Shown here: positions 40,385-53,100 of the stretch, piece by piece
Layout: each line of letters opens with the position of its first letter
Numbering within the stretch: the stretch's first letter is position 1
DNA from: Octopus sinensis
Taxonomy: Eukaryota
Length of the DNA: 64,000 nt
Reading direction: 5' to 3'
Assembly: GCF_006345805.1 (NCBI RefSeq)
Contig: NC_043014.1
Coordinates: 17,298,001-17,362,000 of the forward strand
Program-made: the position numbers and the translations under genes
Notes under the pieces: generated by a model
Database searches by the model: none
What the model was told of the DNA's origin: nothing
What the model saw: the letters and a program-made list of their open reading frames with translations, nothing else

Positions 40385-41734
40385 ACGCAGCCTGAGTTAA
40401 GATTTATGTATGGTGATAAATACTTATAATTAAGGTATAAGTGACGGGTTTATCACCATAGATCCCTACTCAAGAAACTGATATATTTATTATTTCTTCC
40501 AAGTCAAGGTCGTTATAAATTGGTGACACTTGTGAAAAATATATATAATTTCATATAGAATATATTTGACCTTTTCATTATACAAAATTTTATTAACGGA
40601 AATATTTGATATTAAAGGTTGAAGAAAGAAGAACGCTGAATAATAATATTCTTTAAAAGGTTTAACTGCACTTTCTAGCAAGCTAAATTTATACTTCGTA
40701 GCTGTTGAAAGCATTATTTCACTAAGTGAAAAGTTTTCTTCATGGAAATTCTAATACATTCGAATGGAAGAAACTATTAAAGAGTTTGAAGTGTCTTATT
40801 TCGATAGAGGATATATGCAAGCGTCTGTGACAGTTTTGCCTCCCCCTTGGAAGGTGACACCATTATCTGGTTTGCTCAATTAGAAGCAAGTTTTGCAGCA
40901 AACAAAATAACAACAGACGCACAAAAGTATAACATTATGTTAAGCAACTTACCACCACCTCTCAGCAATGAAATTAGAGACTTATTAATAGATCCTAACG
41001 AACCCTTTTAGTATTCCTCCGTAAAGGAAGAGATACTAAAGAGGACTTCCAACTCCAAGCAAAAAGAATTCGCTAAATTCTTCAATAACCAACAACTAGG
41101 TGACAGAAAACCTACTCAACTTTTTCGAAGAATGAAAGAACTTCTCGGAAATCAACAGATAGAAGAATTTTATTTTAAAGAAGTTTTCTTTGGCAAGTTG
41201 CCTCATAGCACTCAAACTCTACTTTCAGCAGTGAAAGTGCAAAACTCTCTCAAACAATTAGCAGATTTGGCAGATGGTATATTGGAATTATCATCTAGAG
41301 AGTCTGTTAATGCCTTACCAACTATTTCTTCAGAATTACAGAAGATGAAAAAAACTTATGAAAAGCAATTAAAATTATTAACAGACAAAATTAAAAGTCT
41401 TCAACGTTGAAGAGATAAGCGTTCTCATAACAAATAATACAAGATGGCGTGGACGATCGAAAAGTCCCAGAAGAAACGCTATATTCTGGTACCATTCAAA
41501 ATTGGGTGACAAATCTTATCGTTGTATTAAACCATGCTCATTTGATTTTCTAAACAAAAAAAGGTCGGGAAACTTCTCAACCAGAGATTAGACGCAGCCT
41601 AAGTTAAGATTTATGTATGGTGATAAATACTTATGATTAAGTTATAAGTGACGGGTTTATCACCATAGATTCCTACTCAAGACACTGATATATTTATTAT
41701 CTATTCCAAGTCAAGGCCGTTATAAATTGGTGAC
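40385..41734 (+). mobile_element. Ty3/Gypsy-like remnant: two 143-bp direct repeats flanking a decayed gag
   Basis: Repeats at 40385-40527 and 41592-41734, each ending in tggtgac (PBS-like). Gag motifs: LPPPW, NEIRDLLI, QQLGDRKPTQLFRRMKELLG, WYHSKLGDKSYRCIKPC. Confidence 0.8.
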
Positions 41735-41867
41735 CCACCGTTATAGTAGTATTTATTAGGTGGTTAAAACGTTAGTTCAAGGTTGTGATATATTGTGATA
41801 TAATTGAACTTAAGTTTTTTTTTATATCACCTATAGATATATAATTATTAAAGAGGACAACAAACGT

Positions 41868-44286
41868 TAGTGTTTCCCAAACTTTTCGCGCCAAATTGCA
41901 ATATCGCCCACCTATCAGCCAAAACATGTTCCATCGCCCACCTGTGTAAAAAAACCGTGACACAACCCCAACACAAAATTCCCTACGACCTCCTCTGCCG
42001 GTATCATTTGACACACACATTATATCGTAGACCTGTTGCCCGGTTTGTGCTGTTTGGACTAAATATGCGGTTGTTTACAAATCCTTTATTGGGGTTTAGT
42101 TTTGCCATTAGTGTAAATAAAATTCTATCGTTGACTTATATTATGCATACAGATTAACTTCTGGAAAGTTGCGCCTTTCTTTTACACTGATTTTCGTTTT
42201 CCTCAAATGAACCAGTGATCAGAACTACCGATGCAAAAATAATTAATGATTGTATTATAAAGGAAAAGAATAAAACTTTTTAATGAGAACCATGAGTCTG
42301 GTGCGATGCAGCTTGAGCAGATACATTCGGTTTCAAACTTGTCAACTTTAGCCACAAGTTTCCTTGTTGTGTCACAACCAGTCCAATTCTTTAATGGGAA
42401 AGTAAAGTTCCAACATGGTTAAAACCAGATTCAACCATGTATGTGGTAAGGGATGGAAAGCAAAAGCAATTTCAGATGTTTCCACAGATTGGGGTCGGAA
42501 TTCGATATACTCTGATTGTACCACAAACCTTCTTTGACATAGTGTCATTGCCATTTTTAATTCTATCAATTCCTCCTGAATATCATCCTCGCAATCGACT
42601 GCATCGATCTCAAACGGATTGCTATACCAATTTGGAATATTCAGCGCAATAATATCTTGAAATCGCTTCACCATATTATCGTGCAATGATTGTAAATAGT
42701 TGTGATATGTAGTTAAAACCTCATCGATCAATTCATCTTTCAAAGAATCAAGTTGTGGAAATTGATGTTAGTCTTAAACAACACCAATTTCAATGAAGCG
42801 GATAGTGGCGTATTTTCAAAGAAAAAGATATATAAAACACTTCAACAAAGTATAAAGCAGTTTCCTTTTGACAGCCACCGCACTTCGGTATGGTATAAGA
42901 GTTTAGTATGGTCCTCGTCATTTCTCAGACAGAGTTGACGGCAAATTAAATCAGACAAGAGACTGGACTTCAATTTGTTCACTGTCTTGATAACTAACTC
43001 TAGCGCATCATTCAATTTTATGTTCATATTTTTTGCCGCTAAATACTGCTGGTGTGTCAAGTAATGAACAGTTAGTATCTGGTGAGAAATTTCACGCTTT
43101 AGCAGACATGAAAAACCTCTGTATCTTCCTATCACTGAAGGTGTTTCATCAGACGCACAGTCAAGAATATTTTCGTGCATAACGGTCGGCAAAACCCCTT
43201 CGATAACTGGGGCCGAAATATTATTTCTCCAGTTGTGGGAGACGTCCCAGACTTAGCAACAAGCAATGCATTGCTGTACGATGCAATCAACCCGTCATTC
43301 TCCTGATTACTAGTTTCCTGGAGTTGCGTGTTGAATGTTTGTATCTGTTTTTTGAAAGAAGAGCTCAGTTACAAAATGTATGATAACGGCTTATCTTTCT
43401 TGTCAGAATGCTTTGCATCAAAGTGATATTTCAAGCATGAAGTCTTCATTGCTTCGTTGGTCAAAGAAGGCACATTGGTGACTGACAGTTCTGAGGAGAG
43501 GAAATAAATCCAAATGATAAATAATCGCTACTGTACTGTCGACAAGTTTTCTATAGACGGCATCAGAAAGCCAGTATGGTAATCCCAAAGGGAAGAAGAA
43601 GTCAGTAGAGCAGAGTCAGAAGACACAACTGTACTGGAGCAAATATGGATCTAGTTCGTTTGGCTGCCAGCATTTCAAACGTTTATCGAAAATTTGAGAA
43701 TTTGGTACATTAATATACCTTTCCAAGTTAAATTGCTGGAATTATTCAACTTTTTCCCGAAAAAAAGTTTTTAGAAAGTTATAGAGGTTTAAAGTTTGAT
43801 CATTTTCACCCAGTCAAGAAATATGATTTCAAAGCTGTCATTTTGTGCGTGACTGCACATTTTGTCAACATCCTGAAAATAGCACTTGTGCTTTGATATG
43901 AAACCACAGAATTACGCACGACATATAACCCCTCCTAACTTTTTTATTTTTCGGAATTTTCAGAAAATCTTTGCGAATTTGAATTCTACACACGGGCCTT
44001 CATACGATTATACAAACAAATTGTAGTGAAGTGTGATTTAAGGCCTAAGCCTATTTGGCTGTTATTTTTAGCACGCATGACAATCATCCCAATGACTGCG
44101 ACAAAAATATTCGATCGATAAACAAGTGCGCTGCGAGTAATCAAATCGATAAAAGTGCATCCTTGTTCTAGGCATGCCTAGATATCAGTAAATGCAGACT
44201 TAATTTCTAAAAATACATTGTCACCCACAAAATGTTCATGTCACCCACCAAAATCTCAAATCGCCCACCATTTTCTAGAAAAGCGC
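41868..44286 (-). mobile_element. hAT transposon, Buster/Charlie group, disrupted transposase
   Basis: LLYHTEVRWLSKG (42842-43192); NPFE...QEELIELK (42372-42743); FPTTYLVESGF C-terminus; N-terminal NEAMK...HF...H; TIR-like tagtgtttcccaaac at 41868; cgcccacc subterminal repeats at both ends. Confidence 0.85.
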
Positions 44287-44897
44287 CCATCGTCCATTCT
44301 TTGAAATTATGCGTTAGGGCAAGACAAATATCTCAAGTCATATACGCTATTATTATTAGAAACTTTCAGTCTTACAGCTGTTTCTGGGATGTCCGAAAGT
44401 ATGGGACGTTCCGTCATATATATATATATGTGTGTGTATTTAAATGCATATATAGATATATATGTATATATATATATATCTCTATATATAAAACTGAAAT
44501 GCCTTTTTACCGCTTGGTTCGCTTTCAATGCCACTACATCCCGTCCCATTCGCTCCAAAATTTACACGGACATGTAGAATGAGGTGACGATGCGCGTGGG
44601 CTACCTTAGAAATCCCTATCTTAAAAGCTGTGGTTGCTAGGGGCCATCTTCCTACCTCACCCTATTTCCTCCAGTACTCTGTCACTCCTCTTCATTTGAC
44701 AATGCAACTACCGTTATTTAATGTAAAGTCTTCCTCAAATCACTCTGTCGCTATTTACTCTCTTCCAAGAACATTTTCACTCACTCTTATTTCTTACCTT
44801 CCTATACTTTTTACTCATGTATCTATCAGCGTTCATGGACAGTAACAAATATTACATAGCCATCCCCATCGCCATCGCATTCTATTGTCTACCTGTC

Positions 44898-44957
<60 letters not shown>

Positions 44958-45058
44958 CATATATCTAATATATTTTTATTTTTATGTTTTTGTTTTTGGT
45001 TTTTTACTGTTTCATTTCCCTATTAGTGGTTTTATCTCTAATTTAATTTCTACAGCGT

Positions 45059-45094
<36 letters not shown>

Positions 45095-45353
45095 ACACAC
45101 ACACCTATATGTGGCCCCAGTACACCCGAATGAAATCGGGTTCTCTTCATCAAAATGTGAAAAGGGGTCTACAATTATCATCGCCACAACTTATGTATGT
45201 CTTCCTCACTCACTCACTCTTTTTCCTAATGATAATTATCATCGCCACCACCAACACCACCAACACACAATCTGGACAATCTTTCTCTTATAACAAATCA
45301 TGTTTACATTGCAACGACGTCTGCCACCTCCGCCGTCTCTATTTATTCTGCAA

Positions 45354-45509
45354 ATGACCAGAACTCGGGAAACTTGGTTTAGTGTTCTATGGTCTATGAC
45401 CAGAACTCGGGAAACTTGCTTGACTGTTCTATGGTCTATGACCAGAAATCGGGAAACTTGGTTGAGTGTTCTATGGTCTATGACCAGAACTTGGGAAACT
45501 TGGTTGAGT
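45354..45509. repeat. 42-bp minisatellite, ~3.7 copies
   Basis: atgaccagaactcgggaaacttggtt(t/g)agtgttctatggtct repeated. Confidence 0.9.
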
Positions 45510-46200
45510 CCTCATCTTATAAAATGTGGCCCCAGTAGACCCAAATGAAATCGGGTTATATTAACCAAAAGGTGAAAAGGGGTATAAATGGGGCTGGAAG
45601 GGGATTAAAATTTAAAGGAGCGGGTGTTTAGCAATTCTCTGTTACATCAAGCTAAAAAATTTGCTCCAGCCTTTTAATCGTCAATGTGTTGCCGTCCATG
45701 ATGAAGAAGTTTTGAATGCTTGCCATCGTGAGTCTACTGTCGTGAGAAAGAATCAAGTCAAAACTTGGTTTTTAGGGATTTTCTTTTACATCAAGTTCAA
45801 AATTTTACGCCAGCCGTTGAACGGTCAATACGTTGCTGTCCGTCGTTAAGAAATGCCAGCCATGGTGACTCTACTATCCTCAAATTCTATCCCTTCAAAC
45901 TTTGGTTTCCAATATTTTATTATTTTTATTCAGCTCGCAAGTTCGTCTGTCCCTTTTAAATGTTAGTGTTTTGCTGTCTGTCTTGAAGCAGACCTTTCCT
46001 TTGTAACTGCCTGATATTTATGATTGATCTTTCTAAATATTTTATTTCTCAACTTACTCAAGATATTTTGTTGTTTATAAATGGGAGAGAGATAGATAAA
46101 GATAGAGAGTAAGAGAAAGCGAGGGAGAGTCCGAGAGAAAGGAAGAGTAAGAGAGTGGGAAAGTTAGAGAGAAAGGAGAAAGAAACAAAGAGGGAGAATC

Positions 46201-46512
46201 ATCATCATCATCATCATCGTTTAACGTCCGTTTTCCGTGCTAGCACGGGTTGGACAGTTTGACAGGGGTCTGGGAAGCCAGGAGGCTGCACCAGGCTCCA
46301 GTCTGATCTGGCACTGTTTCGACAGGTGGATGCCCTTCCTAACGCCAACCACTCTGTGAGCGTAGTGGGTGCTTTTTTCGTGCCGCCTGCACAGGTGCCA
46401 GGGGGGCTGGCAGCGGCCACGATCGGTTGGTGCTTTTTACGTGTCACTGGCACAGAAGCCAGTCAAGACGGCGCTGCAATCCGCCACGTTCGGATGGTGC
46501 TTTTTACGTGCT
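46201..46512 (-). mobile_element. SINE-like element with (GAT)n tail
   Basis: The minus strand ends gacgttaaacgatgatgatgat. It contains ggttggcgttaggaagggcatcc, a SINE central-domain-like block, and three ggtgcttttt(a/t)cgtg repeats. Confidence 0.7.
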
Positions 46513-46578
46513 GAAAGGAAGCAACAGAAAGTAACAACCACACTCTTACCCGCGCGTAGAGCGGGTCACCTTCAGCTA

Positions 46579-46652
<74 letters not shown>

Positions 46653-46724
46653 GTGTGTGTGTGTATGTATGTATTTAAATGCATATATAGATATATATGT
46701 ATATGTATGTATATATGTATATGT

Positions 46725-46790
<66 letters not shown>

Positions 46791-46925
46791 GAATGTATGT
46801 ATATGTTATATATATTGTGCTTAATGGTATAACGTCAACAACATAAGCGTTCGGCTGAAAACATAATCAATAAGGAATTTAAAACATTGGATGTGGAAAA
46901 TACGCAGAAAGTGTCAAGTACTTGC

Positions 46926-47128
46926 AAAAGCTCAACATTCGTCGGAATCGGTTGTGGTATTGATGCTAAATTGCGATATTCACAATTTACATCTGTAGTA
47001 AGTATATTACAAGAACAATTATTGCATATATCTTCAACAGCATGAACCTCCAAAAACAATATCGTGTACAGCATCAACACGGAAGTTTGCTTATATGATA
47101 CTATATAGTGAAACATGTTTTCAGGCAT
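46926..47128 (-). CDS. Exon A: first coding exon of an extracellular LRR protein (signal peptide + LRRNT)
   Basis: MPENM...LMLYTILFLEVHA-VEDICNNCSCNILTTDVNCEYRNLASIPQPIPTNVEL(L) gives a hydrophobic leader plus CxxCxC...VxC...L..IP..IP LRRNT. Acceptor ttttctattttcttctcttacag at 47137-47161; in-frame TAA 6 nt before the ATG; phase-2 donor TT|gcaagt joins exon B in frame. Confidence 0.88.
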
Positions 47129-47171
47129 AGATTAATCTGTAAGAGAAGAAAATAGAAAATATCTGAGACTT

Positions 47172-50100
47172 CAGAACGCTGCTGCTTCTAACAATGCGTG
47201 AGCCTCCGAGATTGCTGAACAACGGGCATTCCACAATACACAGAACAATGCTGCTACTAACAATGCGACAGCCTCAGAGATTGCTGAACAACGGGCATTC
47301 CGCAATACACAGAACGCTGCTGCTTCTAACAATGCGTGAGCCTCAGAGATTGCTGAACAACGGGCATTCCGCAATACACAGAACGCGGCTGCTTCTAACA
47401 ATGCGTGAGCCTCAGATATTGCTGAACAACGGGCATTCCGCAATACACAGAACGCTGCTGCTTCTAACAATGCGTGAGCCTCAGAGATTGCTGAACAACG
47501 GGCATTCCGCAATACACAGAACGCTGCTGCTTCTAACAATGCGTGAGCCTCAGTGATTTCTGAACAACGGGCATTCCGCAATACAGAGAACGCTGCTGTT
47601 TCTCACAATGCGAGAGCCTCAGAGATTGCTGAACAACGGGCATTCCACAATACACAGAACGCTGCTGCTTCTAACAATGCCTGAGCCTCAGAGATTGCTG
47701 AACAACGGGCATTCCGCAATACACAGAACGCTACTGCTTCTAGCAATGCGTGAGCCTCAGAGATTGCTGAACAACGTGCATTCCGCAATACACAGAACGC
47801 TACTGCTTCTAGCAATGCGTGAGCCTCAGTGATTGCTGAACAACGGGCATTCCGCAATACCGAGAACGCTGCTGCTTCTAACAATGCGAGAGCCTCCGAG
47901 TTTGCTGTACAACGGGCATTCCGCAATACACAGAACGCTGCTGCATCTAACAATGCATGAGCCTTAGTTATTTCTGAACAACGGGCATTCCGCAATACCG
48001 AGAACGCTGCTGCTTCCAACAATGCGAGAGCCTCCGAGTTTGCTGTACAACGGGCATTCCGCAATACACAGAACGCTGCTGCTTCTAACAATGCGTGAGC
48101 CTCAGAGTTTGCTGAACAACGGGCATTCCGCAATACACAGAACGCGGCTGCTTCTAACAATGCGTGAGCCTCAGAGATTGCTGAACAACGGGCATTCCGC
48201 AATACACAGAACGCTGCTGCTTCTAACAATGCGTGAGCCTCAGAGATTGCTGAACAACTGGCATTCCGCAATACACAGAACGCTGCTGCTTCTAACAATG
48301 CGTGAGCCTCAGTGATTTCTGAACAACGGGCATTCCGCAATACAGAGAACGCTGCTGTTTCTCACAATGCGAGAGCCTCCAAGTTTGCTGAACAACGGGC
48401 ATTCCGCAATACACAGAACGCTGCTGCTTCTAACAATGCCTGAGCCTCAGAGATTGCTGAACAACGGGCATTCCGCAATACACAGAACGCTACTGCTTCT
48501 AGCAATGCGTGAGCCTCAGAGATTGCTGAACAACGGGCATTCCGCAATACACAGAACGCTGCTGCTTCTAACAATGCGTGAGCCTCAGTGATTTCTGAAC
48601 AACGGGCATTCCGCAATACCGAGAACGCTGCTGCTTCTAACAATGCGAGAGCCTCCGAGTTTGCTATACAACGGGCATTCCGCAATACACAGATCTCTGC
48701 CGCTTCTAACAATGCGTGAGCCTCCGAGATTGCTGAACAACTGGAATTCCGCAATACACAGAACGCTGCTGCTTCTAACAATGCGTGAGCCTCAGTGCTT
48801 TTTGAACAACGGGCATTCCGCAATACACAAAACGCTGCTGCTTCTAACAATGCGCTAGCCTCCCAGACTGCTGAACAACGGGCATTCCGCAATACACAGA
48901 ACGCTGCTGCTTTTAACAATGCGAGAGCCTCAGAGATTGCTGAACAACGGGCATTCCGCAATACACAGAACGCTGATGCTTCGAACAATGCGAAAGCCTC
49001 ACAGATTGCTGAACAACGGGCATTCCGCAATACGCAGAACGCTGCTGCTTCTAACAATGCGTGAGCCTCAGAGATTGTTGAACAGCGGGCTTTCCGCAAT
49101 ACACAGAACGCTGCTGCTTCTAACAATACGTGAGCCTCAGAGATTGCTGAACAATGGGCATTCCGCAATACACAGAACGCTGCTGCTTCTAACAATGCGA
49201 GAGCCTCCGAGTTTGCTGAACAACGGTCATTCCTTAATACAGAGAACGCTGCTGCTTCTAACAATGCGAGAGCCTCCGAGTTTGCTGAACAACGGGCATT
49301 CCGCAATACAGAGAACGCTGCTGCTTCTAACAATGCGTGAGCCTCAGTGATTTCTGAACAACGGGCATTCCGCAATACAGAGAACGCTGCTGTTTCTCAC
49401 AATGCGAGAGCCTCAGAGATTGCTGTACAACGGGCATTCCGCAATACACAGAACGCTGCTGCTTCTAACAATGCGACAGCCTCAGAGATTGCTGAACAAC
49501 GGGCATTCCGCAATACACAGAACGCTACTGCTTCTAGCAATGCGTGAGCCTCAGAGATTGCTGAACAACGGGCATTCCGCAATACACAGAACGCTGCTGC
49601 TTCTAACAATGCGTGAGCCTCAGTGATTTCTGAACAACGGGCATTCCGCAATACACAGAACGCTGCTGCTTCTAACAATGCGAGAGCCTCCGAGTTTGCT
49701 ATACAACGGGCATTCCGCAATACACAGATCTCTGCCGCTTCTAACAATGCGTGAGCCTCCCAGATTGCTGAACAACTGGAATTCCGCAATACACAGAACG
49801 CTGCTGCATCTAACAATGCGTGAGCCTCAGTGATTTTTGAACATCGGGCATTCCGCAATACACAGAACGCTGCTGCTTCTAACGATGCGTTAGCCTCCCA
49901 GATTGCTGAACAACGGGCATTCCGCAATACACAGAACGCTGCTGCTTTTAACAATGCGAGAGCCTCAGAGATTGCTGAACAACGGGCATTCCGCAATACA
50001 CAGAACGCTGCTGCTTCTAACAATGCGTGAGACTCAGAGATTGCTGAACAACGGTCATTCCGCTATACACAGAACCCTGCTGCTTCTAACAATGCGAGAG

Positions 50101-53100
50101 CCTCAGTGATTGCTGAACAACGGGCATTCCGCAATACACAGAACGCTGCTGCTTTTAACAATGCGTGAGCCTCAGAGATTTCTGAACAACGGGCATTCCG
50201 CAATACACAGAACGCTGCTGCTTCTAACAATGCGAGAGCCTCCGAGTTTGCTGAACAACGGGCATTCCTTAATACAGAGAACGCTGCTGCTTCTAACAAT
50301 GCGAGAGCCTCCGAGTTTGCTGAAAAATGGGCATTCCGCAATACAGAGAACGCTGCTGCTTCTAACAATGCGAGAGCCTCCGAGTTTGCTGAACAACGGG
50401 CATTCCGCAATACAGAGAACGCTGCTTCTTCTAACAATGCGTGAGCCTCAGTGATTGCTGAACAACGGGCATTCCGCAATACACAGAACGCTGCTGCTTC
50501 TAACAATGCGAGAGCCTCTGAGATTGCTGAACAACGGGCATTCCGCAATACACAGAACGATGCTGCTTCTAAAAATGCGAGAGCCTCAGAGATTGCTGAA
50601 CAACGGGCATTCCGCAATACACAGAACGCTGCTGCTTCTAACAATGCGAGAGCCTCAGATGTTGCTGAACAACGTTCATTCCGCAATACACAGAACGCTG
50701 CTGCTTCTAACAATGCGAGAGCCTCAGAGATTGCTGAACAACGGGCATTCCGCAATACACAGAACGCTGCTGCTTCTAACAATGCGAGAGCCTCAGATAT
50801 TGCTGAACAACGTTCATTCCGCAATACACAGAACGCTGCTGCTTCTAACAATGCGTGAGCCTCCGAGATTCCTGAACAACGGGCATTCCGCAATACACAG
50901 AACGCTGCTGCTTCTAACAATGCGTGAGCCTCCGAGATTGCTGAACAACGGGCATTCCACAATACACAGAACGCTGCTGCTTCTAACAATGCGACAGCCT
51001 CAGAGATTGCTGAACAACGGGCATTCCGCAATACACAGAACGCTGCTGCTTCTAACAATGCGTGAGCCTCAGTGATTTCTGAACAACGGGCATTCCGCAA
51101 TACCGAGAACGCTGCTGCTTCTAACAATGCGAGAGCCTCCGAGTTTGCTATACAACGGGCATTCCGCAATACACAGATCTCTGCCGCTTCTAACAATGCG
51201 TGAGCCTCCGAGATTGCTGAACAACTGGAATTCCGCAATACACAGAACGCTGCTGCTTCTAACAATGCGTGAGCCTCAGTGCTTTTTGAACAACGGGCAT
51301 TCCGCAATACACAGAACGCTACTGCTTCTAACAATGCGCTAGCCTCACAGACTGCTGAACAACGGGCATTCCGCAATACACAGAACGCTGCTGCTTTTAA
51401 CAATGCGAGAGCCTCAGAGATTGCTGAACAACGGGCATTCCGCAATACACAGAACGCTGATGCTTCGAACAATGCGAAAGCCTCACAGATTGCTGAACAA
51501 CGGGCATTCCGCAATACGCAGAACGCTGCTGCTTCTAACAATGCGTGAGCCTCAGAGATTGTTGAACAGCGGGCTTTCCGCAATACACAGAACGCTGCTG
51601 CTTCTAACAATACGTGAGCCTCAGAGATTGCTGAACAATGGGCATTCCGCAATACACAGAACGCTGCTGCTTCTAACAATGCGAGAGCCTCCGAGTTTGC
51701 TGAACAACGGTCATTCCTTAATACAGAGAACGCTGCTGCTTCTAACAATGCGAGAGCCTCCGAGTTTGCTGAACAACGGGCATTCCGCAATACAGAGAAC
51801 GCTGCTGCTTCTAACAATGCGTGAGCCTCAGTGATTTCTGAACAACGGGCATTCCGCAATACAGAGAACGCTGCTGTTTCTCACAATGCGAGAGCCTCAG
51901 AGATTGCTTTACAACGGGCATTCCGCAATACACAGAACGCTGCTGCTTCTAACAATGCGACAGCCTCAGAGATTGCTGAACAACGGGCATTCCGCAATAC
52001 ACAGAACGCTACTGCTTCTAGCAATGCGTGAGCCTCAGAGATTGCTGAACAACGGGCATTCCGCAATACACAGAACGCTGCTGCTTCTAACAATGCGTGA
52101 GCCTCAGTGATTTCTGAACAACGGGCATTCCGCAATACACAGAACGCTGCTGCTTCTAACAATGCGAGAGCCTCCGAGTTTGCTATACAACGGGCATTCC
52201 GCAATACACAGATCTCTGCCGCTTCTAACAATGCGTGAGCCTCCGAGATTGCTGAACAACTGGAATTCCGCAATACACAGAACGCTGCTGCTTCTAACAA
52301 TGCGTGAGCCTCAGTGATTTTTGAACAACGGGCATTCCGCAATACACAGAACGCTGCTGCTTCTAACAATGCGTTAGCCTCCCAGATTGCTGAACAACGG
52401 GCATTCCGCAATACACAGAACGCTGCTGCTTTTAACAATGCGAGAGCCTCAGAGATTGCTGAACAACGGGCATTCCGCAATACACAGAACGCTGCTGCTT
52501 CTAACAATGCGAGAGCCTCAGAGATTGCTGAACAACGGTCATTCCGCAATACACAGAACCTGCTGCTTCTAACAATGCGAGAGCCTCAGTGATTGCTGAA
52601 CAACGGGCATTCCGCAATACACAGAACGCTGCTGCTTCTAACAATGCGTGAGCCTCAGAGATTTCTGAACAACGGGCATTCCGCAATACACAGAACGCTG
52701 CTGCTTCTAACAATGCGAGAGCCTCCGAGTTTGCTGAACAACGGGCATTCCGCAATACAGAGAACGCTGCTGCTTCTAACAATGCGAGAGCCTCCGAGTT
52801 TGCTGAAAAACGGGCATTCCGCAATACAGAGAACGCTGCTGCTTCTAACAATGCGAGAGCCTCCGAGTTTGCTGAACAACGGCATTCCGCAATACAGAGA
52901 ACGCTGCTTCTTCTAACAATGCGTGAGCCTCAGTGATTGCTGAACAACGGGCATTCCGCAATACACAGAACGCTGCTGCTTCTAACAATGCGAGAGCCTC
53001 TGAGATTGCTGAACAACGGGCATTCCGCAATACACAGAACGCTGCTGCTTCTAAAATGCGAGAGCCTCAGAGATTGCTGAACAACGGGCATTCCGCAATA

